Assembly: GCA_964016885.1 (NCBI GenBank)
Contig: OZ024743.1
Location: forward strand, 47,616,001-47,680,000
From: Eledone cirrhosa
Taxonomy: Eukaryota
Reading direction: 5' to 3'
DNA length: 64,000 bases
Shown: piece by piece, positions 13,201 through 25,824 of the stretch
Layout of the letters: each line of letters opens with the position of its first letter
Position numbering within the stretch: the stretch's first letter is position 1
Program-made: the position numbers and the translations under genes
The notes under the pieces: model-generated
What the model saw: only the letters and a program-made list of their open reading frames with translations
Databases searched by the model: none
What the model was told of the DNA's origin: nothing

Positions 13201-15126
13201 TGTGTCTCTTTCTCTTAATTTCGAGTATATTTTTTTTGACCGGCCACCCTCCTGGTGGCAAGGTTGTAAAAGAAAAGAAATGGTCATCCCTTGAATCGCA
13301 AGAATGTTTTGCAAATTTTGAAGGTGCCAGCTATCGCAGCCATTTGTAGACTATGAATTAGGGAGCTGCGCTTTTTGTCCGCAAATCGAAGTTCAGTCAT
13401 ACTTTGGTCCAAGCGGGTTGGTATATAACCCGTAGCTCCAATAATGATGGGTATGAAGCTAAAGGTGTACCTTGGATACTGGATTTGTAAACTCCTCATC
13501 AATGGTCCGTAGATGTCCTCCTGTATTTTTCTGACGTTTACATCAAGTGGGCAGCTGATCTCCACAACAGAACACGTTTTCAATGTGTGGTCCCAAACAA
13601 CAATATCAGGCCGGTTGTGCTTTAATTTGGTGGCAGTTTTTATTTTCAGGTTCCACCAGTATTCCTTAGTGCCATCTGTCTCAATATATTCCTCCTCGTT
13701 TGTTGTTAATTTTGTTTTCCGAAGTGCGTTCCAGATGGTTCTCGCTATCCCATCGTGTCTCATGGGGAGGTAGTAGCGAGATGACATTCTTTCGCAGCTG
13801 GCAACAATGTGGCTTACATCCTCGATCTTTGTTTTACATAGCCTACATTTATTGTCAGCTGCTGGCCCTCCTCTTTTGTGCAGCAGATATTTGGTAGGGA
13901 GTTCTTGTTCCTGTATTGCATAGAGATATCCCTCAAGGTGTGATGTCATAAACTTGTCGGAACTCCATGCCAGGCTTTTTGAGTGGTTTATCCCCTCTAT
14001 GGTCTGTGTTTTACGTCTCAAGTATCCATGCACAACTTTTTCTGTAAATTGGTCAATTTTTTTTATCTTGTTTGAACATTGAATAGGATCTTCCGATTTC
14101 TCTGGGTGAGAGATTTATATCGGGCTTTATTCCATATCTCTCCTCCAGATCAGTCGCTATTCTAATGATATTTTTTTTTTCATGCTCATAAACCTGGGCA
14201 AGATGGTTGCCAACCTTTTTCCTCTGTTGAAGGTGTTGCTTCAGTGTTACTATCCGGGTCTCATATGTTGTTAATATTGATTTTAGACCCCGGCCACCTT
14301 CCTTGCGTGAGAAGTATAGCCTATCCACATCACCATTGATGTTAAAGTTCCCAGTAACACTGAGAAGTTTTCGAGTTCTAACATCCATCTCACTTAGTTC
14401 TTGCAATGACCAGTTCAGCAGGCCAAATGTTGGCGTTAGAATTGGCACAGCATAAGTATTGTGGGCAATGTATTTGTTGTATGCTGACAGTTCTGATGAC
14501 CATATTTTCTTTACTCTTCTGATGTATTCAGTTCTGGTTCTCTCCTTATTTATGGGTCCATCATATCTGACATTCTCATCCTGTCCACGATATCTGTAGT
14601 TGTCACCTGACTGCAGAGGTTGTATTGTCAGGCCGTTCATCTCTAGATTTCTAGAGGAGGGCACAGCTCTTCCACGTTTTACTGCCAAATATGCACACTT
14701 GGACTCACCAAATTTCATTTTGATGTCGGTTGAAAATTGTGTAATGAGGTCCAATTGTTTCTTGATGTCATTGATATTTGGCCCATACAACTTCAGGTCG
14801 TCAACAAAGAAAAGATGGGAGATACTTCTGGGCCCACTTCTTTGTCCACCTTGTTTCCTGAGTAGGTAAGATAGTGGATTCAGTGAGAGAACGAAGAGTA
14901 GCACTGACAAACTATCACCCTGAAAGATGCCCTTCTGGTAATGTATCTTATTAGTCTTAACTTGCTCCTTCTCACCTCTAAGGATCAAATTGGTGTACCG
15001 TTCTTGGTCAGGCGTTCAACAGCAGCTACCAATGGTTGTGGGACTTTAGCTAACTGTAAAGCCTTAATAATCCACCCATGAGGTACACTATCAAATGCTT
15101 TTTGATAGTCCAGCCACACCACAGTC
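13200..15126 (-). mobile_element. R4/Dong-like non-LTR retrotransposon 3' half (RT, CCHC knuckle, restriction-like endonuclease), frameshifted
   Basis: WLDYQKAFDSVPH, GIFQGDSLS, HLFFVDDLKLY, RLYFSRKEGGRGL, CRLC..HIVASC, RHD and HNRPDIVV..VEISCP in ORFs 14985-15311, 14053-14988 and 13284-14033. Confidence 0.88.
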
Positions 15127-15157
15127 ATGTATGTATGTATGTATGTATGTATGTATG

Positions 15158-15765
15158 TCGGGTCACCAGTTGGTGCTACTGGTAACATGTATCCCAGTAC
15201 AACCTGTCTCATGGTCGGGTCATTGGCGACTAAACTGGCAACCCCACCAAGGTTTCTTGGTGAGGAGGGTGACTTTGGACATCCTGCAGGACTAAAAACA
15301 AAACCTGTCAAAGGGCAAGGGAGCTCTTAAGACTCAATAGCCATCCAAAATCACTGGGAAAGATGACCCCTTAGCCTTTGTCAAGGCAGAATTCTAGGAG
15401 AAGGAAAACTCTGATATAACACCTGCAACCCTGATGGTATCCAATGATGTTGACTTGTTCTTCTTTTTGGTAAATATCATCTTGGTTAAGAGAGTGGGAC
15501 TGGCTTTGTGCAGTGCCTTTGCTCACTATAAAAGCTTCACAGCACAGGCATTGCTTTATATCTGGAGATCTCTCTGCACTTGTCATCACATGGTATCATG
15601 GGCCCTGCACTATGTGTCAATAATGGTCACAAGTGTAGTCTTTGTACCAGAGTTTTCAAGTCGCTGGCTGGACTAAAAAGTCACATTCGTTCAGCGCATC
15701 GGTAGGGGTTCTCCTACATGGATATAAAGTAGTGGCCGTACTCGAAAACGAGTTGGCAGCCACCA
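15158..15765 (+). mobile_element. Probable internally deleted RTE-type element: structured 5' UTR-like part plus 3' end encoding a C2H2 finger ([23 protein letters not shown])
   Basis: C-x2-C-x12-H-x4-H at 15634-15702 with TAG at 15703-15705; ggagaaggaaaactctga motif recalled from RTE 5' UTRs; microsatellite on both sides. Confidence 0.55.
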
Positions 15766-15767
15766 TG

Positions 15768-15798
<31 letters not shown>

Positions 15799-17577
15799 GT
15801 ATGTATATATATGTATATGTATATATGTATATATATGTGTATATGTGTATATATATATATATGTATATATGTATATGTATATATGTATATGTATATATAT
15901 ATATGTATATATATATATGTATATATATATATGTATATATATGTGTATGTATATATATGTGTATGTATATATGTGTATGTATATATGTGTATGTATATAT
16001 GTGTATGTATATATGTGTATGTATATATGTGTATGTATATATATGTGTATGTATATATATGTGTATGTATATATATGTGTATGTATATATGTATATATGT
16101 ATGTGTATGTGTATATGTATATATGTGTATATGTATATATGTGTATGTATAAATGTGTATATATGTATATATGTGTGTATATATGTGTATGTATAAATGT
16201 GTATATATGTATATATGTGTGTATATGTGTATATGTATATATGTGTGTATATGTATATATGTGTGTATATGTATATATATATGTGTGTATATGTATATAT
16301 GTGTATGTATATATATATGTGTATATATATATGTGTATATATATATGTGTATATATATATATGTATGTGTATATATATATATGTATGTGTATATGTATAT
16401 ATATGTGTATATGTATATATATGTGTATATGTATATATATGTGTGTATATGTATATATATGTGTGTATATGTATATATATGTGTGTATATGTATATATAT
16501 GTGTGTATATGTATATATATGTGTGTATATGTATATATATGTGTGTATATGTATATATGTGTGTATATGTATATATATGTGTGTATATGTATATATATGT
16601 GTGTATATGTATATATATGTGTGTATATGTATATATATGTGTGTATATGTATATATATATATGTATATATATATATGTATATATATATGTATATATATGT
16701 GTGTATATGTATATATGTGTGTATATGTATATATGTGTGTATATGTATATGTGTGTATATGTATATGTGTGTATATGTATATGTGTGTATATGTATATAT
16801 GTGTGTATATGTATATATGTGTGTATATGTGTGTATATGTGTGTATATATGTATGTGTATATATGTGTATATATGTGTATATATGTGTATATGTGTGTAT
16901 ATGTGTATATGTATATATATGTGTATATATCTGAATATGTGTGTATATATGTGTATATATGTATGTATATATGTGTATGTAATATATAAGAACAAAAGAT
17001 GGTTAAAAGAGTTCCATGTATTTTATTATGCGCATTTCAAAAACAAATATCATCATGCAATAATGTGTTTTCATCAGATAAAACAGGAAGACATGATATG
17101 AAGGTTAAAAAACACTTGTGGATAGTGCAGTTTTAAATCAACATATATGTGTGTATATATGTGTATGTATGTGTATATATATGTGTATATATGTATATAT
17201 ATATATGTGTATATATGTATATATATGTGTATACATGTATATATATGAGTATATATGTATATATATATGTGTATATATATGAGTATATATGTGTATATAT
17301 ATGTGTATATATGTGTATATATATGTGTATATATATGTGTATATATGTATATATATGTGTATATATGTGTATATATGTATATATATGTGTATATATGTGT
17401 ATATATGTATGTATATATGTGTGTATATATGTATATATGTGTGTATATATGTATCATAATCGTCTTTTAACGTCCATCTTCCACGCTAGCATGGGTATAT
17501 GTATATATATGTGTATATATGTATATATATGTGTATATTTGTATATATGTATATATATGTGTATATATGTATATATA

Positions 17578-17610
<33 letters not shown>

Positions 17611-18357
17611 GTGTATATATATATATATATATGTGTATATATATATATATGTGTGTGTATATATATATATATGTGTGTGTGTATATATATATATGTGTGT
17701 ATATATATATATATGTGTATATATATATATGTGTGTATATGTATATATATGTGTGTATATGTGTATATATATGTGTATATGTATATATATGTGTATATGT
17801 ATATATATGTGTATATGTATATATATGTGTGTGTATATATATATGTGTATGTGTATATATATGTATATATATATGTGTATATATATGTATATATATATGT
17901 GTATATGTATATATATATGTGTATATGTATATATATATGTGTATATGTATATATATATGTGTATATGTATGTGTATATGTATATGTATATATATGTGTAT
18001 ATGTATGTATATGTGTATATGTATATATGTGTATATGTATATATATATGTATATATATATGTGTATATGTATATATATATGTGTATATGTATATATATAT
18101 GTGTATATGTATATATATATGTGTATATGTATATATATGTGTATATGTATATATGTGTGTATATGTATATATGTGTGTATATGTATATATGTGTGTATAT
18201 GTATATATGTGTGTATATGTGTGTATATGTATATATGTGTGTATGTATATATATGTGTATATGTATATATATGTGTATATGTATATATGTGTGTATATGT
18301 ATATATGTGTGTATATGTATATATGTGTGTATATGTATGTATATATGTGTGTATATG
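15766..18357 (+). repeat. Compound AT/GT microsatellite with short unique interruptions (about 16983-17142 and 17453-17496)
   Basis: Read directly from the sequence. Confidence 0.97.
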
Positions 18358-20715
18358 TCATCATCATCATCATCACCGTTTTACGTCCGTTCTTCCACGC
18401 TAGCATGGGTTAGACGGGTTGTCCTGTTGTGGGCAGTGTCTGGTCGGCTGACCATGCCTTGCTCATACAGGAACTGATCTGGCTTGATTTCTACAGCTGG
18501 ATGCCCTTCCTAACACCAACCTCATTTACAGTGTGCTGGGTGCTTTTTCGTGGCGCCTACACGTCCACTTTACAGTGTGGGCTGGGTGCTTTTTTGCCGT
18601 GGCACCTCCACGACCACCTTGCGGTGGTGGGGGGGGGGGGCATATTGTTTATATGCTTCAGCATGTACCCATGGGAGGTCGGGTACCCTGTATTACTGCG
18701 TGACGCCAGAAGTCACGGTCGTGTGTCATTGACTGACTTTGAGAGGTGTAGTTGGGTAAGGTCGGCTTTTATCACCTCATCCCAAGTCATCTTGGGTCTC
18801 CCCACTCCGCGGTTTCCATCAACTTCTAGTGCTCTGCACCTTTTTATGCAGCTGTCATCCTTCATACGCATCACATGTCCATACCAGCGTAACCGCCTCT
18901 CCTGCACGCAGTATTTGATTCCTCTTATGCTCAGTCTCTCTCTTAATTCCTTTATGCTTTGTCGTTCACGTATATTACTGTTACACATCCATCGGAGCAT
19001 GCAGGCTTCGTTTCTCTCTAATCTACGTAAGTCTTCCACCTTCAGCGCCCAGGTCTCACTACCATGCAACATCGCTGTTCGGATACACGCATCATACAGT
19101 CTGCCTTTCATTCTGAGGGAGAAGCCTTTTGCAGCTAGCAGTGGTAGTAGTTCCCTAAACTTCTTCCATCCCGTTCTTACCCTAGTTATTGTACTTTCTG
19201 AGCACCCACCTCCGTTGCTAATTCGGTCACCTAGGTAGCAGAAGCTGTCTACTGTTTCTACAGGGCCCTCCCAGAGATTGGTGGTACTTGTTTCCTGTGG
19301 CTGTTTGCTTGCTGTTTCAGCACAGCTGCTGCATGTGAATCCTACATTCTTAATTAAGCTTCCTGAGATCCCGCTACATCTCTTGTGTACCCATTGTTTG
19401 CATTTGGGGCAGAGAATGGAGTTCCTACCTACACCTTTCCTACATACTGAGCAAGGCCATTTCCCTGAGGGGATCTGGGTTCTGTTTTCTCGTCTACTTA
19501 TAAGGACCTTAGTCTTTGTCATGTTGACTTTGAGGCCCTTTCTCTCTAGTCCCTGCTTCCAGGTTTGGAATTTATTCTCTAGTTCTACCATAGATTCAGC
19601 TATGAGTGCGAGGTCATCAGCATACAGGAGTTCCCATGGGCATCCGGTCTTAAACTCCTCCGTTATTGCCTGCAGGACTATGATGAACAGGAGAGGGCTA
19701 AGAACAGAGCCCTGGTGGACCCCAACCTGTACGCTAAATTCCTCGCTATACTCATTGCCAATCCTAACTTTGCTGACTGCTCCCCTATACATGGCTTGTA
19801 CCGCTTTCACAAGCCATTCATCTACTCCTAGTTTTCTAAGAGCCCACCAGATTACTGCACGTGGAACTCTGTCAAAGGCTTTCTCAAGGTCGACAAATGC
19901 CAAGTAGAGTGGCTTACTTTTAGCTAGGTACTTTTCCTGTAATTGCCTCACAAGGAAGAGGGCATCAGTGGTGCCTTTCCCTGGTACAAACCCAAATTGC
20001 ATCTCATCTATATTCACCCGGTCCCTAATCAGCTGTGCTATAACTCTTTCTGTTACTTTCATGACCTGGTCCATCAACTTTATACCTCTATAGTTTCCTC
20101 TATCTAGTGCATCGCCTTTACCTTTGTAGCAGTTGATAATGATGCTACTGCACCAATCTTTTGGTATGGCCCCCTCTAGTATTACCTGGTTAACGATACG
20201 TGTGGTTATAGTGTGACCTACAGACCCAGATGCCTTCAGCATCTCGGCAGCTATACCCGATGGACCGGTTGCCTTCCCTATTTTCATATCTCTGATTGCC
20301 TTACTTACTACGCTGCCGCTGACTTGTACTGCTGGTCCCTCTATAGGGTCTACGTGGGGTAGGGTCTCTTCTTCCCATGCTCCTCATTTAGTAATCTATC
20401 ATAATGACTCTTCATGCATCTTTCTTCTCAGCACTTGTGAGGGCAAGCTCACCTTTATCATTCCGGATACACTTCTCTCCAATGACATCACAACTATCTC
20501 TGACACACTGCCTCGCAATCTTGAATACCTCCTGTTTCTGGTCCTCACGTTGTAAAACATGCTTGAATTTTCTATCCTCTGCTTCCCTCCTAGCTAAGTA
20601 TACTTGTCGCCTAGCTTCCCTCTTGGTCTCTATGTAATGTACCCTGCTCCCCCCTCCCCCGTTCTTCCATTCTTTCCATGCCTGTCTCTTGGCCTTGACT
20701 GCTTCATCTACCTTA
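18358..20715 (-). mobile_element. 5'-truncated young RTE LINE with an open 524-aa RT frame (YADD), PHD-like finger, 3' UTR and (GAT)n tail
   Basis: ORF 18713..20287 has all RT motifs (AFVDLEKAFDRVPR, GVHQGSVLSPLLF, LLYADDL, FCYLG); 5' end abuts microsatellite. Confidence 0.95.
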
Positions 20716-20717
20716 TT

Positions 20718-21375
20718 GTATATATATATGTGTATATGTATATATATATATATGTGTATATGTATATATATGTGTATATATATATATGTGTGTGTATATG
20801 TATATATATATGTGTGTATATGTATATATATATATGTGTATATGTATATATATATATGTGTATATGTATATATATATATGTGTATATGTATATATATATA
20901 TGTGTGTATATGTTATATATATATATGTGTATATGTATATATATATATGTGTATATGTATATATATATGTGTATATGTTATATATGTGTATATGTATATG
21001 TAATATATATGTGTATATGTATATGTATATATATGTGTATATGTATATGTATATTATATGTGTATATGTATATGTATATATATGTGTATATGTATATATA
21101 TATATATGTGTATATGTATATATATATATATGTGTATATGTATATATATATATATGTGTATATGTATATATATATATATGTGTATATGTATATATATATA
21201 TATGTGTATATGTATATATATATATATGTGTATATGTATATATATTTATATGTGTATATGTATATATATATATATGTGTATATGTATATATATGTGTATA
21301 TGTATATATATAATGTGTATATGTATATATATATATATGTGTATATGTATATATATATATATATATGTGTAATAT

Positions 21376-21428
<53 letters not shown>

Positions 21429-21860
21429 TGTATATATAATATATATATATGTGTATATGTATATATATATGTATGTGTATATGTATATATATATATATAT
21501 GTGTATATGTATATATATATATATATATGTGTATATGTATATATATATATATATGTGTATATGTATATATATATATATATGTGTATATGTATATATATAT
21601 ATATGTGTATATGTATATATATATATATATGTGTATATGTATATATATGTGTATATGTATATATATATATATGTGTATATGTATATATATATATATGTGT
21701 ATATGTATATATATATATATGTGTATATGTATATATATATATATGTGTATATGTATATATATATATATGTGTATATGTATATATATATATATGTGTATAT
21801 GTATATATATATATATGTGTATATGTATATATATATATATGTGTATATGTATATATATAT

Positions 21861-21892
<32 letters not shown>

Positions 21893-23490
21893 GTGTATAT
21901 GTATATATATATATATGTGTGTGATTATAAATGTGTGTATATATATATGTGTATGTGTATTATATATATGTGTATGTGTATATGTATATATATGACAGTC
22001 CTATGCGAGCAAGACAACCACTCTTGCCTCAAGTGGGAAAACCCCCCGTCCAAACCCATGCAAGCGTGGAACACGGACGCTAAACCTGATGATGATGTGT
22101 GTATATGTATATCATCATCATCATCATCATTTTACGTCCGCTTTTCCCTGCTTGCAAGGGTGGGACGGGTCTTATTCAGCACAGCATCTCTCCACTTGTC
22201 ACGGTCCCCTCGTCATCTCCACCGTGAACTTCAATGATCTGAGGTCTGTTCTCACCACCTCCGCCCATGTTTTTCGTGGTCTACCTCTACCACGTTTTCC
22301 TTCAACTGGCATTTCTGGCACTTCTTCACCCATCGGTCATCCTCCATGCGCATCACATGTCCATACCACCTCAGTCTCCTCTCCCGTACACTACATTCTA
22401 TCCCTCTCAGACACAGTTTTATCTGTGTATATGTATATATATGTGTGTATATGTATATATATATGTGTGTATATGTATATATATATGTGTATATGTATAT
22501 ATATATGTGTGTATATGTATATAAATATATGTGTATATGTATATATATATGTGTGTATATGTATATATATATGTGTATATGTATATATATATGTGTGTAT
22601 ATGTATATATATATGTGTGTATATGTATATATATGTGTGTATATGTATATATATGTGTGTATATGTATATATATGTGTGTATATGTATATATATGTGTGT
22701 ATATGTATATATATGTGTATATGTATATATATATATATGTGTGTATATGTGTATATGTATATATGTGTATATGTATATATGTATATATGTGTATATGTAT
22801 ATATGTGTGTATATGTATATATGTGTGTATATGTATATATGTGTGTATATGTATATATGTGTGTATATGTTATATATGTGTATATGTATATGTGTGTATA
22901 TGTATATGTGTATATGTGTATATGTGTATATGTGTATGTGTGTATATGTATATGTGTATATGTATATATGTGTGTATATGTATATATGTGTGTATATGTA
23001 TATATGTGTGTATATGTGTGTATATGTATATATGTGTGTATATGTATATGTGTGTATATGTATGTGTGTATATGTATATGTGTGTATATGTATGTGTGTA
23101 TATGTATGTGTGTATATGTATGTGTGTATATGTATGTGTGTATATGTATGTGTGTATATGTATGTGTGTATATGTATGTGTGTATATGTATGTGTGTATA
23201 TGTATGTGTGTATATGTATGTGTGTATATGTATGTGTGTATATGTATGTGTGTATATGTATGTGTGTATATGTATGTGTGTATATGTATGTGTGTATATG
23301 TATGTGTATATGTATGTGTGTATATGTATATGTGTGTATATGTATATGTGTGTATATGTATATGTGTGTATATGTATATATGTGTGTATATATGTGTATA
23401 TGTATATATATATGTGTGTAGATGTATATATATATGTGTGTGTAGATGTATATATATATGTGTATGTATGTATATATGTGTATATGTATA
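20718..23490 (+). repeat. Compound AT/GT microsatellite interrupted by RTE fragments at 21995-22415
   Basis: Read directly from the sequence. Confidence 0.97.
21995..22415. mobile_element. Two tail-to-tail RTE 3' fragments (about 21995-22096 + and 22110-22415 -) of different subfamilies
   Basis: The first matches the 37070-37165 terminus; the second matches the reverse complement of the 43300-43570 type. Confidence 0.85.
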
Positions 23491-24300
23491 TCAAATATAT
23501 AAGAACCGTAGAGCAAATATTTATTAAAATAACAGATTAAAGTTTAAGCAAAGAATCGCTGCTTTCACCCTTAACGGCATCTTCTGAAACTAACAAACTC
23601 AATATGTAAACGCAGAACTGGATATTTCAAAAAACGTTGCAACCGGAGGAAGACAGGAAGACGATACTTTGGTTCGTGGAAACGTTCGCTGGCAAAGAAC
23701 GGGAAAAAACGAATAATACGTCATTAATAGGAGCAGTGAAAAACAATTACGCGCAAAGACAGAACCACGTTTATGGTATAAAAGAGGTCGTAGACTAATG
23801 TTCTCTTAGGTGGTGCATAGACGTTCTCTGGCAATGAACGAAAAAACGAAGATAATAAGTCATATGTGGAGCGTGGAGAACAATAGCACGCAAAGACAAA
23901 ACCACGTAAATGGTATAGCAGAAGTCGTAGACTAAAATTCTAACTAGGAGACCAAATGAATCTCCGCTACAGAGTTAAGAACAAAGTAAATAAATACAAT
24001 ACAGAAGTAATAGAAACAAATAAATACATACAAGCAAACAGATACGTACATACACAAGCATACGCAAAACCTTACCAAGGTATACAAAACCACGCACATA
24101 TAAATGTGTGTGTGTGTATGCTTGTGTACAAATAAATAAATAATTATATAAACGTATATAAATAAATAAATACGTATATAACAAGCGCACACACATACCT
24201 ACATATAAATACACGAATGTTCGGAGACGTAAGTCAACTAAAACAAGAAGTACACATATACACACACCCACCATACGTACGAACCTGCATACTCGTGTAG

Positions 24301-25793
24301 ATGTGTGTATATGTGTATATATATATATGTGTGTATATGTGTATATATATGTATATATATATGTATGTATATATGTATGTATATATATATGTATGTATAT
24401 ATATATGTATATATATATATATATGTGTGTGTATATGTATATGTGTATATATATGTGTGTATATGTGTATATATATGTGTGTATATGTGTATATATATGT
24501 GTGTATATGTATATATATATATATATATATGTGTGTATATATATGTGTGTGTATGTATATATGTGTGTATATGTATATATATATATGTATATATGTGTGT
24601 ATATGTATATATATATATGTATATATGTGTATATGTATATATATATATGTATATATGTGTATATGTATATGTATATATATATATGTATATATGTGTGTAT
24701 ATGTATATATATATATGTATATATGTGTGTATATGTATATATATATGTATATATGTGTGTATATGTATATATGTGTGTATATGTATATATATATATGTAT
24801 ATATGTGTGTATATGTATATATATATATGTATATATGTGTGTATATGTATATATATATATGTATATATGTGTGTATATGTATATATATATATGTATATAT
24901 GTGTGTATATGTATATATATATATGTATATATGTGTGTATATATATATATATATGTGTGTATATGTATATATATGTATATATGTGTGTATATGTATATAT
25001 ATGTATATATGTGTGTATATGTATATATATATATGTATATATATGTATATATGTGTATATGTATATATATATATGTATATATATGTATATATGTGTGTAT
25101 ATGTATATATATATATGTATATATATGTATATATGTGTGTATATGTATATATATATATGTATATATGTGTGTATATGTATATATATATGTATATATGTGT
25201 GTATATGTATATATATATGTATATATGTGTGTATATGTATATATATATATGTATGTATATATATATATATGTATATATATGGATATGTGTGTATATGTAT
25301 ATGTATATATGTGTGTATATGTATATATGTGTGTATATGTATATATATATATGTATGTATATGGATATGTGTGTGTATATGTGTATATGTGTATGTATAT
25401 ATGTGTATGTATATATGTGTATATATATATGTGTATATATATATGTGTATATATATGTGTGTATATATATGTGTATATATGTGTGTATATATATATGTGT
25501 GTATATATATATGTGTGTATATATGTGTGTATATATATATGTGTGTATATATGTGTGTATATATATATGTGTGTATATATATGTGTATATATATATGTGT
25601 GTATATATATGTGTATATATATGTGTATATATATATATGTGTATATATATATATGTGTATATATGTGTATATATATGTGTATATATATATATGTGTGTAT
25701 ATATATATGTGTGTATATATATATGTGTGTATATATATATATGTGTATATATATATATGTGTATATATATATATGTGTGTATATATATATGTG

Positions 25794-25824
<31 letters not shown>

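Noticed and set aside
19278-19907. Antisense ORFs overlapping RTE copies (also 18429-19238)
   Set aside because: Shadows of the RT coding strand with no independent domain signal.
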